A stretch of DNA of 64,000 bases from an uncultured Gammaproteobacteria bacterium (lineage in GTDB: Bacteria > Pseudomonadota > Gammaproteobacteria > JAADHQ01): the NCBI GenBank assembly GCA_963807455.1, contig CAWECS010000005.1, positions 63,146 through 127,145 on the forward strand, written 5' to 3'. Below the pieces are notes generated by a model that was given only the letters and a program-made list of their open reading frames with translations, did not search any database and was not told the origin of the DNA. This document shows, one piece after another, positions 50,367 to 60,012 of the stretch. A program made the position numbers and the translations under genes. Position 1 is the stretch's first letter. Each line of letters opens with the position of its first letter.

Positions 50367-51590
50367 ATGAGAGAAAAATATCAGGTCGTGATTGTGGGTG
50401 GCGGTATGGTAGGTGCATCGATGGCAGCCGCTCTGGCTGATGCTCCGCTGGAGGTATTATTGCTGGATGCCGCGGAGCATATTCCGGATATAATAACAGC
50501 GGATTATGACATTCGCGTCTCTGCAATTACCACGGCTTCACTGCGTTTTTTCCAATCGCTGGGTATCTGGGATGACTTGCAAGCCAGTCGCATCACCGCA
50601 TTCGATCAGATGCATGTCTGGGAAAAGCAAAGTGGTGCGGAAATTCATTTTGATGGTGCTGAAGTAGGTGAAGCTGCGCTGGGCTATATCATTGAAAATC
50701 GGCTGATCCAGCATTTTTTGCTCAATAAGGTGCAGCAATCCGATAATATCGATTTTATTGACAAGGTCAGACTGGAATCTTTTCAAACTATTGATAATGA
50801 GCAGATCGAATTGCAGCTGGACAATGGACACAGCTATCGTTGTGATTTGTTAATCGGTGCAGATGGTAGTCATTCCAAAGTCAGATCACTGGCCGGTATT
50901 GAGACTAAAGGCTGGCAGTATGATCAGTCCGCGATTGTCGCGAATGTGCACACTGAATTACCTCACCAACACACTGCCTGGCAGTGTTTTCTCGAAGATG
51001 GGCCGTTGGCATTTTTGCCATTGAATGACCAGCATTGCTCTATTGTCTGGTCATGCCAGAGTGAGCATGCTGAAGCCTTAATGCAATTGCCTGAGCAGGC
51101 GTTTGAGCAACAATTGGCGCAGGCATTTGATCATCGTCTGGGGGAAGTTAAATTGAACAGTGCCCGCGGTATCTTTCCCTTGCAGTTGCAATACATTAAT
51201 CAATACGTCAAGCCAGGTGTCGCCCTGATTGGCGATGCAGCACACAGCATCCATCCATTAGCCGGGCAGGGCGTCAATCTGGGTTTGCTGGATGCCGCCT
51301 GTCTGGTGGATGTCATACTGGAAGGAATAGCAGCGCATCATGCCCCCGGCTCATATAAACAGCTGAGACGCTACGAGCGCTGGCGTAAGGGTGATAATCT
51401 CGGCATGATGTTTGTCATGGACGCTTTCAAAAAATTATTTACTACGCGTTCAGCACCCTTGCAATTTATACGCAATAGCGGCATCAAAATGACCAATTCG
51501 ATTAACCCATTGAAAAAGGCCATCATGCAATCAGCCGCAGGCATGCGTGGAGAACTTCCTTCGATGATTCGGGATGTAAAGCATCTGTAG
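50367..51590 (+). CDS. ubiI: 2-octaprenylphenol hydroxylase (FAD-dependent; UbiI/VisC)
   Basis: MREKYQVVIVGGGMVGAS.. and the UbiH-paralog family. ATG at 50367; the ORF track begins at a GTG at 50349. Confidence 0.85.
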   Translation: MREKYQVVIVGGGMVGASMAAALADAPLEVLLLDAAEHIPDIITADYDIRVSAITTASLRFFQSLGIWDDLQASRITAFDQMHVWEKQSGAEIHFDGAEVGEAALGYIIENRLIQHFLLNKVQQSDNIDFIDKVRLESFQTIDNEQIELQLDNGHSYRCDLLIGADGSHSKVRSLAGIETKGWQYDQSAIVANVHTELPHQHTAWQCFLEDGPLAFLPLNDQHCSIVWSCQSEHAEALMQLPEQAFEQQLAQAFDHRLGEVKLNSARGIFPLQLQYINQYVKPGVALIGDAAHSIHPLAGQGVNLGLLDAACLVDVILEGIAAHHAPGSYKQLRRYERWRKGDNLGMMFVMDAFKKLFTTRSAPLQFIRNSGIKMTNSINPLKKAIMQSAAGMRGELPSMIRDVKHL

Positions 51591-51706
51591 AAAATTTCTA
51601 TACTCTACGCATGGCGTTTGCCCTTATTTAATTTGCTCTTGGTCTCTATGGTAGGCACAAGCTTCAGGGTAAATTGTATGATAGATAATAAAAAGGTTTG
51701 CACAAC

Positions 51707-52930
51707 ATGACACTCAGCCAACTTCTCGCTACTCTGATTTCAATCGCGGCAGTTTTCAGTTATATCAACTACCGTTTTCTGCATCTGCCCAGCACTATCG
51801 GCTTGATGTTATTGGGGCTGTGTTTGTCTTTACTGATTCTGTTGCTGGACCAGTTTGGTTTAGGTGTCCATGCCGTAGCGGAGAGTATTATTCACAGCAT
51901 TGCATTTGATGATACCTTGTTGCATGGCATGCTCAGTTTCCTGTTATTTGCAGGCGCCTTGCATGTCAACCTGGCTGATCTTGCCAGACAGAAATGGGTC
52001 ATACTAACCTTGGCAACCCTGGGTATCATGATTTCCACTACCTTGATCGGTTTCGCAGCCTGGTGGTTACTGGCCTGGCTGGGTTTTGAAATTTCATTTC
52101 TCTATTGTCTGTTATTGGGCTCGCTGATTTCGCCTACCGATCCTATTGCAGTACTGGGGATACTAAAAAAAGTGGGTGTGGCCAAAACACTGGAGACAAA
52201 AATCACCGGCGAGTCACTGTTCAATGATGGTGTTGGTGTGGTTATTTTCCTGGTCATCCTCGGCCTGATCACCGGCGAAGGACAGCTCGAAATCTCGGCA
52301 GTATTGATGTTGTTTGTTGTCGAGGCCATAGGCGGCATCTTGTTTGGCTTACTCATCGGCGCCATCGCATTTTATATGCTGCGCTCAGTGGACCAGTATC
52401 AGGTGGAAATTCTGACCACCCTGGGTCTGGTGATGGGAGGTTATGCGCTGGCGGAGTATATTCATGTATCCGCGCCTATTGCGATTGTGGTGGCCGGGTT
52501 AATGATTGGTAATCATGGTCGATTACTGGCGATGTCAGATAAAACCCGCGAACACGTGGATACTTTCTGGGAGCTGGCTGATGAAATACTTAATGCAGTC
52601 CTGTTTGTCATGATAGGCCTTGAAATACTGGTGGTGAGTCTGGGGGCGGATTACCTGATCGCCGGCTTGATGATGATTCCGATTGTACTGCTGGCGCGTT
52701 TCCTCTCAGTCGGTATTCCGATTACTTTCATGAGCCGATTCAGGGAGTTCAGTCCGCGGGTAGTGATCATACTGACCTGGGGAGGTTTGCGCGGCGGCAT
52801 CTCGGTAGCCCTGGCTCTTTCATTGCCCAAGGGTGATGAGAGAGATCTGATATTGACTATCACTTATTGTATTGTGATTTTTTCTATCATGGTGCAAGGG
52901 CTGAGTATCGGAAAGCTGGTGAGTAAGTAG
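51707..52930 (+). CDS. Na+/H+ antiporter (CPA1 / NhaP-type sodium:proton exchanger)
   Basis: About 407 aa with 10-12 TM helices and CPA1 motifs (..SLISPTDPIAVLGILK..ESLFNDGVGVV..). ATG at 51707; the ORF track lists a TTG at 51698. Confidence 0.8.
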   Translation: MTLSQLLATLISIAAVFSYINYRFLHLPSTIGLMLLGLCLSLLILLLDQFGLGVHAVAESIIHSIAFDDTLLHGMLSFLLFAGALHVNLADLARQKWVILTLATLGIMISTTLIGFAAWWLLAWLGFEISFLYCLLLGSLISPTDPIAVLGILKKVGVAKTLETKITGESLFNDGVGVVIFLVILGLITGEGQLEISAVLMLFVVEAIGGILFGLLIGAIAFYMLRSVDQYQVEILTTLGLVMGGYALAEYIHVSAPIAIVVAGLMIGNHGRLLAMSDKTREHVDTFWELADEILNAVLFVMIGLEILVVSLGADYLIAGLMMIPIVLLARFLSVGIPITFMSRFREFSPRVVIILTWGGLRGGISVALALSLPKGDERDLILTITYCIVIFSIMVQGLSIGKLVSK

Positions 52931-53065
52931 GGGAAATATATGCTTGTTTGCCATCTGAAATGTGAGTAATCAATATTTCTAGCGATTGTATTCTACATAT
53001 TCTGGTATTAGATGCCGATTTTGGCAGATTTAAGCAATAACTAATCAATAACTTAAAAATCCACT

Positions 53066-53093
53066 TGGATTCCATGCAGGCTACAGGTATATT
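53066..53093 (+). promoter_or_regulatory. Candidate sigma70 promoter for the gcv leader (TTGGAT-N16-TATATT)
   Basis: TTGGAT 53066-53071 and TATATT 53088-53093, which places the transcription start about 10 nt before the first riboswitch aptamer. Confidence 0.4.
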
Positions 53094-53106
53094 TGCACTT
53101 CAATTA

Positions 53107-53337
53107 CAGACCCGATGGGAGATACCCGAACACTTGTTCGGGAGCCGAAGGCGCAACACATCGCTCGGAAACGCTCAGGCAAACGGACTATCGGGTTATA
53201 TTGACTCTGGAGAGTGATTACATAGGGTGATCCACCGACGGGGCAGAGAATAGGCCATTATGCTGTCATTCTCAATCTCTCAGGTTAAGGGACAGAGGGG
53301 CGGTAACAGGTCTTGGCCTGTTGCCGTCTTTTTTTTG
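53107..53337 (+). promoter_or_regulatory. Glycine riboswitch (tandem aptamers) with terminator expression platform, leader of the gcvT operon
   Basis: Aptamer 1 has P1 CCCGAT..ATCGGG (53111-53195) with GGGAGA, GCCGAAGGCGCAA and CUCAGGCAAACGGAC. Aptamer 2 has P1 CTCTG..CAGAG (53206-53297) with GGAGAG, CACCGACGGGGCA and CUCUCAGGUUAAGGGACAGAG. Then an intrinsic terminator: a 10-bp stem CGGTAACAGG/CCTGTTGCCG plus T8 (53301-53336). This is a classic ON-switch arrangement. Confidence 0.85.
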
Positions 53338-53357
53338 CACATTGTCCGGGAAACATC

Positions 53358-54455
53358 ATGGGAAAAAGAACACCTTTATATGACCTGCATGTCTCTATGG
53401 GAGGCAAGATCGTTGATTTTGCGGGTTGGGATATGCCCATCCACTATGGCTCGCAAATAGAAGAACATCACCAGGTGAGAAATGATGCAGGCATGTTTGA
53501 CGTCTCACATATGACCGTCATTGATCTCAGCGGACCGTCGGTGACAGCCTTCCTGCGCTATTTGCTCGCGAATGATGTTGACCGACTCAAACAAGCAGGC
53601 AAAGCGCTATATAGCTGCTTGCTCAATCCGGCCGGTGGTGTTATCGACGACCTGATCGTGTATTACATGCGTTCTGACTGGTACCGACTGGTGGTTAATT
53701 CTTCCACGCGTGATAAGGACCTCGCCTGGATCATGCAGCAGGCAGAAGCCTTCGACGTCCAGGTGATTGAACGCCCTGAAACCGCTATGATTGCTGTGCA
53801 GGGTCCTAACGCCAGCAGTAAGCTAAAACAGGTTCTGGGTGCTGAGGCGGCGAGCATTCTCGATGGACTGGGGGTGTTTTTCGCCACAGAAATCGGTGAC
53901 TTTTTTATTGGGCGTACAGGCTATACTGGCGAGGATGGCTTTGAAGTGATTTTGCCGCAGCAGCAGGCTGCTCGATTCTGGCAAGATCTTTATGATGTGG
54001 GCGTTAAGCCAATTGGTCTGGGTGCGCGCGATACGCTACGACTTGAAGCTGGCATGAACCTCTATGGTACAGATATGGATGAAGAGATTTCTCCACTGGA
54101 GGCAGGGCTCGGCTGGACTATCGCCTGGGAGCCGGCTGACAGGGACTTTATTGGTCGCAAACCACTTCAACAACTGCGTGCGAACAAGGCAGAAAAAAAA
54201 CTGGTGGGTCTGGTATTGCAGGGCAAAGGGGTATTACGTAATCATCAAAAAATCGTTGTTGCCGGCATTGGTGAGGGCGAGATTACCAGTGGCAGCTTTT
54301 CGCCTACACTGGGTAAAGCCATTGCCTTTGCCAGAGTGCCCGCAGCAACAAAATTTGATTGCAGCGTGGATATGCGTGGTCGGCTGATACCCGCGCGTGT
54401 CGTCAAGCTGCCCTTTGTTCGCCATGGCAAGTCCTGTTTGCCAGAGGATAGTTAG
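53358..54455 (+). CDS. gcvT: Glycine cleavage system aminomethyltransferase T
   Basis: MGKRTPLYDLHVSMGGKIVDFAGWDMPIHYGS.. is a canonical GcvT N-terminus. ATG at 53358, 21 nt after the riboswitch terminator. The ORF track begins at 53313 inside the leader. Confidence 0.92.
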   Translation: MGKRTPLYDLHVSMGGKIVDFAGWDMPIHYGSQIEEHHQVRNDAGMFDVSHMTVIDLSGPSVTAFLRYLLANDVDRLKQAGKALYSCLLNPAGGVIDDLIVYYMRSDWYRLVVNSSTRDKDLAWIMQQAEAFDVQVIERPETAMIAVQGPNASSKLKQVLGAEAASILDGLGVFFATEIGDFFIGRTGYTGEDGFEVILPQQQAARFWQDLYDVGVKPIGLGARDTLRLEAGMNLYGTDMDEEISPLEAGLGWTIAWEPADRDFIGRKPLQQLRANKAEKKLVGLVLQGKGVLRNHQKIVVAGIGEGEITSGSFSPTLGKAIAFARVPAATKFDCSVDMRGRLIPARVVKLPFVRHGKSCLPEDS

Positions 54456-54563
54456 CATTAGGCATACTGCAGCTGGTAAAATGCATCCATGTAGCCTGTG
54501 AGCATTCAGGGCATTTTCCGAGAAGCAAGTAAAAATACACAGTTATCATTTAGAGAGGTCGTT

Positions 54564-54959
54564 ATGAGCGAAATACCAGCAGATCTGAAATACACCAAGA
54601 GCCATGAGTGGGTAAAACCTGAAGAGGATGGCACTGTCCTGATGGGAATCACAGATCATGCCCAGGACTTGCTGGGCGATATGGTTTATGTAGAACCGCC
54701 GGAAGTGGGCAATGAAGTGGAAGCGGAAGATGTTTGTGCTGTAGTGGAGTCAGTTAAAGCCGCATCGGATGTCTATAGTCCTATCAGCGGAGAAATTATC
54801 GCAGCGAATGACACTTTGTCCGATACTCCCGAGTTGGTCAATAACGACCCTTATGGAGAGGGTTGGATCATGCGCCTTAAACCGGCCGACGATCTTGAGA
54901 TTGAGCAACTAATGGATGCAGACGCCTACACAGCACATGTCGCATCCGAAGAACATTAA
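54564..54959 (+). CDS. gcvH: Glycine cleavage system H protein
   Basis: [18 protein letters not shown].. with the lipoyl-lysine motif [11 protein letters not shown] at 54564 with a GAGAGG Shine-Dalgarno; the ORF track begins at 54498. Confidence 0.92.
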   Translation: MSEIPADLKYTKSHEWVKPEEDGTVLMGITDHAQDLLGDMVYVEPPEVGNEVEAEDVCAVVESVKAASDVYSPISGEIIAANDTLSDTPELVNNDPYGEGWIMRLKPADDLEIEQLMDADAYTAHVASEEH

Positions 54960-54982
54960 AGCCTGGCAGGAGTAGGAAGTAC

Positions 54983-56338
54983 ATGCCCTTTATTCCACAT
55001 ACCGATGAAGATATTCAGCAAATGCTCGACACCATTGGCGTGTCATCCATCGATGATTTGTTCGATGAAATACCGGCATCATTGCGTAATGACAGTTTGA
55101 AAATTGTGCCTGCACAGGCGACCGAAATGGAAGTGTCACGCTTGATGCATGCTCGAGCCGCACAGGATGGCCAGCCATTATGCTTTATGGGCGCGGGTGC
55201 CTATGATCATCATATACCGTCAGCGGTATGGGAATTGACCACACGTGGTGAGTTTTATACGGCCTATACCCCGTATCAGGCAGAAGCCAGTCAGGGTACA
55301 TTGCAGCTGCTATACGAATACCAGACCATGATGGCCAGCCTGAATGGTCTGGATGTATCCAATGCTTCTTTATATGATGGTGCCTCTGCACTGGCTGAAG
55401 CGGTATTAATGGCTGTACGTGCCAATCGAAAATCAAAATCAAAACGTATTCTGATGCCACGCACGGTGCATCCAAATTATCGTAAGACAGTCACTACCAT
55501 TGTCGCCAAGCAGGGTATTACCCTGGAACTGATCGATTATGATCGTAACAGTGGTGCTGTGGATGCCGCTGCGTTACCCGGGAATCCTGGTGATTTTGCT
55601 GCACTCGTTATCCCGCAACCCAATTTCTTTGGTGTGCTTGAGGACGTTGATGCACTCACCGACTGGGCTCATCAGCATAAGGCGCTGGTGATTGGCGTTG
55701 TCAATCCGGTTGCGCTGGCGGTATTAAAGCCACCCGGTGAATGGGGAACTGATGGCGCTGACATTGCCTGTGGTGAAGGCCAGCCGCTGGGTATTCCAAT
55801 GTCTTCGGGCGGTCCCTACTATGGCTTTATGTGTTGTAAACAGGACTATGTCAGACAAATGCCCGGGCGTATTATTGGTCGTACTGTCGACATGGAAGGC
55901 AAGCCCGGTTTCACATTAACTTTACAAGCACGTGAACAGCATATTAGACGATCCAAGGCGACTTCCAATATTTGTACTAATCAGGGATTGATGATTACTG
56001 CCACCACCATCCATATGTCTTTACTCGGTGCGCAGGGCCTTGAGAACGTGGCGTTGAACTGCCATGCCAACACACAAAAACTGGTGCAGAAACTTAGTGA
56101 GCTACAGGGTGTGGATGTGGTATTTAAAAATCCGGTGTTCCACGAAGCAGTGCTGAGAATTTCAGCGCCGTTAGAGGAAGTCATGCGTGCCTTGCATGTT
56201 CAGAACCTGTTGCCAGGCTATGCCTTGCAGGATGACTATCCTGAGCTGGAAAATTGTCTGTTGGTGTGTGCGACTGAAACACGCACAGATGAAGATATAG
56301 ATACTTATGTAAATCACATGCAAAGGATTCTTGGTTAG
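54983..56338 (+). CDS. gcvPA: Glycine dehydrogenase (decarboxylating) subunit 1
   Basis: 451 aa. N-terminal half of the split P-protein (..[23 protein letters not shown]..). Confidence 0.92.
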   Translation: MPFIPHTDEDIQQMLDTIGVSSIDDLFDEIPASLRNDSLKIVPAQATEMEVSRLMHARAAQDGQPLCFMGAGAYDHHIPSAVWELTTRGEFYTAYTPYQAEASQGTLQLLYEYQTMMASLNGLDVSNASLYDGASALAEAVLMAVRANRKSKSKRILMPRTVHPNYRKTVTTIVAKQGITLELIDYDRNSGAVDAAALPGNPGDFAALVIPQPNFFGVLEDVDALTDWAHQHKALVIGVVNPVALAVLKPPGEWGTDGADIACGEGQPLGIPMSSGGPYYGFMCCKQDYVRQMPGRIIGRTVDMEGKPGFTLTLQAREQHIRRSKATSNICTNQGLMITATTIHMSLLGAQGLENVALNCHANTQKLVQKLSELQGVDVVFKNPVFHEAVLRISAPLEEVMRALHVQNLLPGYALQDDYPELENCLLVCATETRTDEDIDTYVNHMQRILG

Positions 56339-56464
56339 CATGAGTCGGTTAAATGTCCGGTCCAGCCGAAATGGTAATGACAGTGCAGGCATCATTACCA
56401 GTGGAATGAGAATAGATGTTCAGACAAGTAGAAAACTTAACAGCAGCATTGACAGGAGAGACAA

Positions 56465-56965
56465 ATGGCTAAAATAACTTTACATGGTAATGCGTTTAAT
56501 ACGAATGGTGATTTACCGGGTATAGGCAGCGATGCACCGGATTTTAAACTGGTGGATGCTGAATTAAATGACCGTAACTTGTCTGATTATTCAGGAAAGA
56601 AAAAGTTACTCAACATCGTTCCCAGTCTGGACACACCTGTGTGCGCGACTTCCACCAAGCATTTTAATGATGCCGCCAAAGGCCGTGAAGATGTCGTGAT
56701 GTTAATAATTTCTGCTGATCTGCCTTTTGCTTCCGGTCGATTCTGTACGGGTGAAGATCTTAAAAATGTAGTGCCACTGAGCATGATGCGATCAAAGAAT
56801 TTTGCCAAAGATTACGGCATTCTGATTAACGACGGGCCTTTGGCAGGTATCACCGGTCGAGCAGTGGTGGTGCTGGATGAAAATAATAAAGTGGTTTACA
56901 CCGAACTGGTACCTGAAATCGCACAGGAGCCGGATTACGATAAGGCGATAGCAGCACTCGCTTAA
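56465..56965 (+). CDS. tpx: Thiol peroxidase (lipid hydroperoxide peroxidase, atypical 2-Cys peroxiredoxin)
   Basis: 166 aa, ..APDFKLVDAELNDRNLSDYSGKKKLLNIVPSLDTPVCATS.. Tpx family. Inserted between gcvPA and gcvPB. Confidence 0.88.
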   Translation: MAKITLHGNAFNTNGDLPGIGSDAPDFKLVDAELNDRNLSDYSGKKKLLNIVPSLDTPVCATSTKHFNDAAKGREDVVMLIISADLPFASGRFCTGEDLKNVVPLSMMRSKNFAKDYGILINDGPLAGITGRAVVVLDENNKVVYTELVPEIAQEPDYDKAIAALA

Positions 56966-57068
56966 GTAGCAATAAAATTGGCTGGAGATTTATATCAGCT
57001 TGCAATAATCGCCTGGCGTGACGAGTGCACGTCAGGCACTTAATATAGTTTAATTCAGTGGTAGTATT

Positions 57069-58520
57069 ATGTTGATTTTTGAAAAGTCGAAAAAGGGAAG
57101 AAACAATCCATCGCAGGCGCCACATTCACGTCCGCCAATGTCAGATATCCCTCAATCCTTGCAGCGCAGTCAACGCGCCTTGTTGCCAGAGACCTCAGAG
57201 ATGCAGACAGTGCGCCACTATACGCAGTTATCACAAAAGAATTTTGCTATTGATACCCATTTCTATCCACTCGGTAGTTGCACCATGAAATATAACCCGC
57301 GCGCTTCAAACAGCTTGAGTATGCTGCCTGGTTTTCTGGCGCGGCATCCGCTGGCACCTGAAACGATGGGTCAAGGTTTTATGGCCTGCATGTATGATTT
57401 ACAGGAAATATTGAAAGATGTTACCGGTATGAAAGCAGTCTCACTGACGCCGGCAGCCGGTGCGCAAGGAGAGCTGGCTGGAATGGCAATGATACACGCC
57501 TATCACGAAGCGCGCGAAGATCATCAACGTACCGAAGTACTGGTGCCGGATGCCGCGCATGGCACTAATCCAGCCTCTGCCGTGATGTGTGGTTACAAGG
57601 TTCGCGAAATCCCGACCGATGAGCATGGGGATGTCGATCTGGCCGCACTCAAGGAGGCCGTTGGGCCACAAACTGCGGGCCTGATGCTAACTAATCCTTC
57701 AACGCTGGGCGTATTCGAGCGCCGTATAGAAGAGATTGCAAAAGTGGTTCATACGGCGGGAGGGCTGCTTTATTATGATGGCGCCAACCTCAATGCGATT
57801 CTCGGCAAGGTTCGTCCGGGGGACATGGGTTTTGATGTTATTCATATGAATCTTCATAAAACCTTCTCCACGCCACATGGCGGTGGCGGACCGGGAGCCG
57901 GTCCGGTCGGTGTAAGTCAACGACTGGAACCGTTTTTGCCGATACCTATTGTTGCCTATGATGGTGACAGCTATTCATGGATGACTGAAAAACAAAAACC
58001 GCAGAGCATTGGCAGGTTATCGACCTTCATGGGTAATGCCGGTGTTCTCATGCGCGCCTATATCTATGCACGTTTGCTGGGTCGCGAAGGCATGGTGAGG
58101 GTATCAGAATTTTCAACCCTGAATGCGAATTATATGATGGTGCTATGTGAGAAAAAAGGATTTGATCTGGCTTTCCCTGATCGCCGCGCCACGCATGAAT
58201 TTATTGTTACGCTCAAACGTCAGGCCAAAGAACTGGGCGTGAATACTATGGACTTTGCCAAGCGCTTGCTGGATTACGGCTTTCATGCGCCGACGACCTA
58301 TTTTCCGTTGTTGGTACCTGAGTGCCTGTTGATTGAGCCGACTGAAACCGAAGACAAGGATACCCTGGATGCTTTCTGTGATGTACTGGAAAAAATAGCG
58401 GTCGAGGCGAAGGAAAATCCGGATTACGTTAAAGGCGCACCATATACACAACCCGTACGCCGCCTGGACGATGTGCGCGCTGCGCGTGAGCTTGATCTAG
58501 TCTGGAGCCAGGATAAATAA
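57069..58520 (+). CDS. gcvPB: Glycine dehydrogenase (decarboxylating) subunit 2
   Basis: 483 aa, PLP-binding half of the split P-protein (..[25 protein letters not shown]..). Confidence 0.92.
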   Translation: MLIFEKSKKGRNNPSQAPHSRPPMSDIPQSLQRSQRALLPETSEMQTVRHYTQLSQKNFAIDTHFYPLGSCTMKYNPRASNSLSMLPGFLARHPLAPETMGQGFMACMYDLQEILKDVTGMKAVSLTPAAGAQGELAGMAMIHAYHEAREDHQRTEVLVPDAAHGTNPASAVMCGYKVREIPTDEHGDVDLAALKEAVGPQTAGLMLTNPSTLGVFERRIEEIAKVVHTAGGLLYYDGANLNAILGKVRPGDMGFDVIHMNLHKTFSTPHGGGGPGAGPVGVSQRLEPFLPIPIVAYDGDSYSWMTEKQKPQSIGRLSTFMGNAGVLMRAYIYARLLGREGMVRVSEFSTLNANYMMVLCEKKGFDLAFPDRRATHEFIVTLKRQAKELGVNTMDFAKRLLDYGFHAPTTYFPLLVPECLLIEPTETEDKDTLDAFCDVLEKIAVEAKENPDYVKGAPYTQPVRRLDDVRAARELDLVWSQDK

Positions 58521-58538
58521 CAAAACGGAAACTAGGCT

Positions 58539-58913
58539 ATGAAACCAGGGCGTACCGGAATTTCGCGTATCGCATATGCATTTATTTATTCCATGCAGGG
58601 CTTTCGCGCAGCGATAAAGCATGAGGCTGCCTTTCGTCAGGAATTAATGCTGACGGTTGTTTTGGTGCCCGTTGCATTCTGGCTGAGCACTGATCCCGTG
58701 CATTTAATGGCCATGCTGGGTAGTTTGCTGCTGGTGCTGATCGTTGAGATACTTAACTCGGCGATTGAGGCAGTTGTTGACCGTACCGGCGAAGAGCCGC
58801 ATAAACTTTCAGGCCGGGCCAAGGACATGGGTTCAGCTGCCGTTTTTCTCGCATTGATGAATGTCGTTGTCATGTGGGGTTTGGTATTGTATCAACTTTT
58901 TGTTAAAACTTGA
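58539..58913 (+). CDS. dgkA: Diacylglycerol kinase
   Basis: 124 aa with three TM helices; DgkA family (..AFRQELMLTVVLVP..EILNSAIEAVVDR..). Confidence 0.85.
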   Translation: MKPGRTGISRIAYAFIYSMQGFRAAIKHEAAFRQELMLTVVLVPVAFWLSTDPVHLMAMLGSLLLVLIVEILNSAIEAVVDRTGEEPHKLSGRAKDMGSAAVFLALMNVVVMWGLVLYQLFVKT

Positions 58914-58926
58914 GTAGGAAAAAATT

Positions 58927-59859
58927 ATGTCTGCACTGATATGTGGTTCCTTTGCCTATGACACCATCATGGTTTTTCACGATCATTTTAAAAATCATAT
59001 TCTGCCGGACAAGGTGCACATGTTGAATGTGTCATTCATGGTGCCGGATATGCGCCGTGAATTTGGTGGATGTGCCGGTAATATCGCCTATGGCTTGCAT
59101 TTGCTGGGTGGTAAAGCCAAACCTATGGGTGCTGTTGGTAAAGACTTCGCGCCTTATGCTGACTGGATGGATAGCTTCGGCATCAACCGTGCCCACATCA
59201 AGGTGATCGATGAAAGCTACACTGCCCAGGCCTATATCACTACCGATATGGATGATAACCAGATAACCGCATTTCATCCCGGGGCGATGGGATTTTCACA
59301 TGAAAACAGGGTTGAAGATGCCAGTGATGTCACCATCGGTATTGTATCGCCGGACGGTCGTGAAGGCATGATTGAACACGCCCTGCAGTTTGCTGAAGCA
59401 GATATTCCTTTTATTTTTGATCCGGGGCAGGGTATGCCGATGTTTGACGGTGATGATTTGCTGACATTTGTTGATCAGGCTACCTGGGTGACCGTCAACG
59501 ACTATGAGTCACAACTGTTACAGGAAAGAACCGGATTGTCGCCACATGAAATTGCCGAACGTGTCGATGCCTTGATTATTACTCGTGGAGCACAAGGTTC
59601 CTACATTTACACACAGGAAAAACGTCTGGAGATTCCCGCTGCCAAAGCCTCGTCACTGGTTGATCCTACTGGTTGTGGTGATGCCTATCGTGGCGGTTTA
59701 CTGTTTGGTCTGATGAATGATATGGATTGGGATGTTACCGCAAGGCTGGCAGGCTTGATGGGTGCTATCAAGATACAACAGCATGGCACGCAAAATTATA
59801 AATTCACCATGGATGAATTTGCCGACCTCTTTAAGGAAGCTTATGGATTTAGTCTTTAA
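58927..59859 (+). CDS. PfkB-family carbohydrate/nucleoside kinase (adenosine-kinase-like)
   Basis: 310 aa; ribokinase fold with the C-terminal DPTGCGDAYRGGLLFG anion-hole motif. Confidence 0.75.
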   Translation: MSALICGSFAYDTIMVFHDHFKNHILPDKVHMLNVSFMVPDMRREFGGCAGNIAYGLHLLGGKAKPMGAVGKDFAPYADWMDSFGINRAHIKVIDESYTAQAYITTDMDDNQITAFHPGAMGFSHENRVEDASDVTIGIVSPDGREGMIEHALQFAEADIPFIFDPGQGMPMFDGDDLLTFVDQATWVTVNDYESQLLQERTGLSPHEIAERVDALIITRGAQGSYIYTQEKRLEIPAAKASSLVDPTGCGDAYRGGLLFGLMNDMDWDVTARLAGLMGAIKIQQHGTQNYKFTMDEFADLFKEAYGFSL

Positions 59860-60012
59860 GGATTAATGCCCGCGATTAGCCTGAAAAAGAATTGTCATTG
59901 CGAGCGGAAGGTGCCCTACTTTATTAAAATAACCAGACGCTTGATGCGATATGCATACTGGAATATTGCATTGTACACAACGCGGCAATCTGTTTGATGT
60001 AGTGAGATTCAA

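Noticed and set aside
53260-53460. ORFs starting at 53260 and 53313 that overlap the gcvT leader
   Set aside because: They run through the glycine riboswitch aptamer 2 and its terminator. The real gcvT start is the ATG at 53358.
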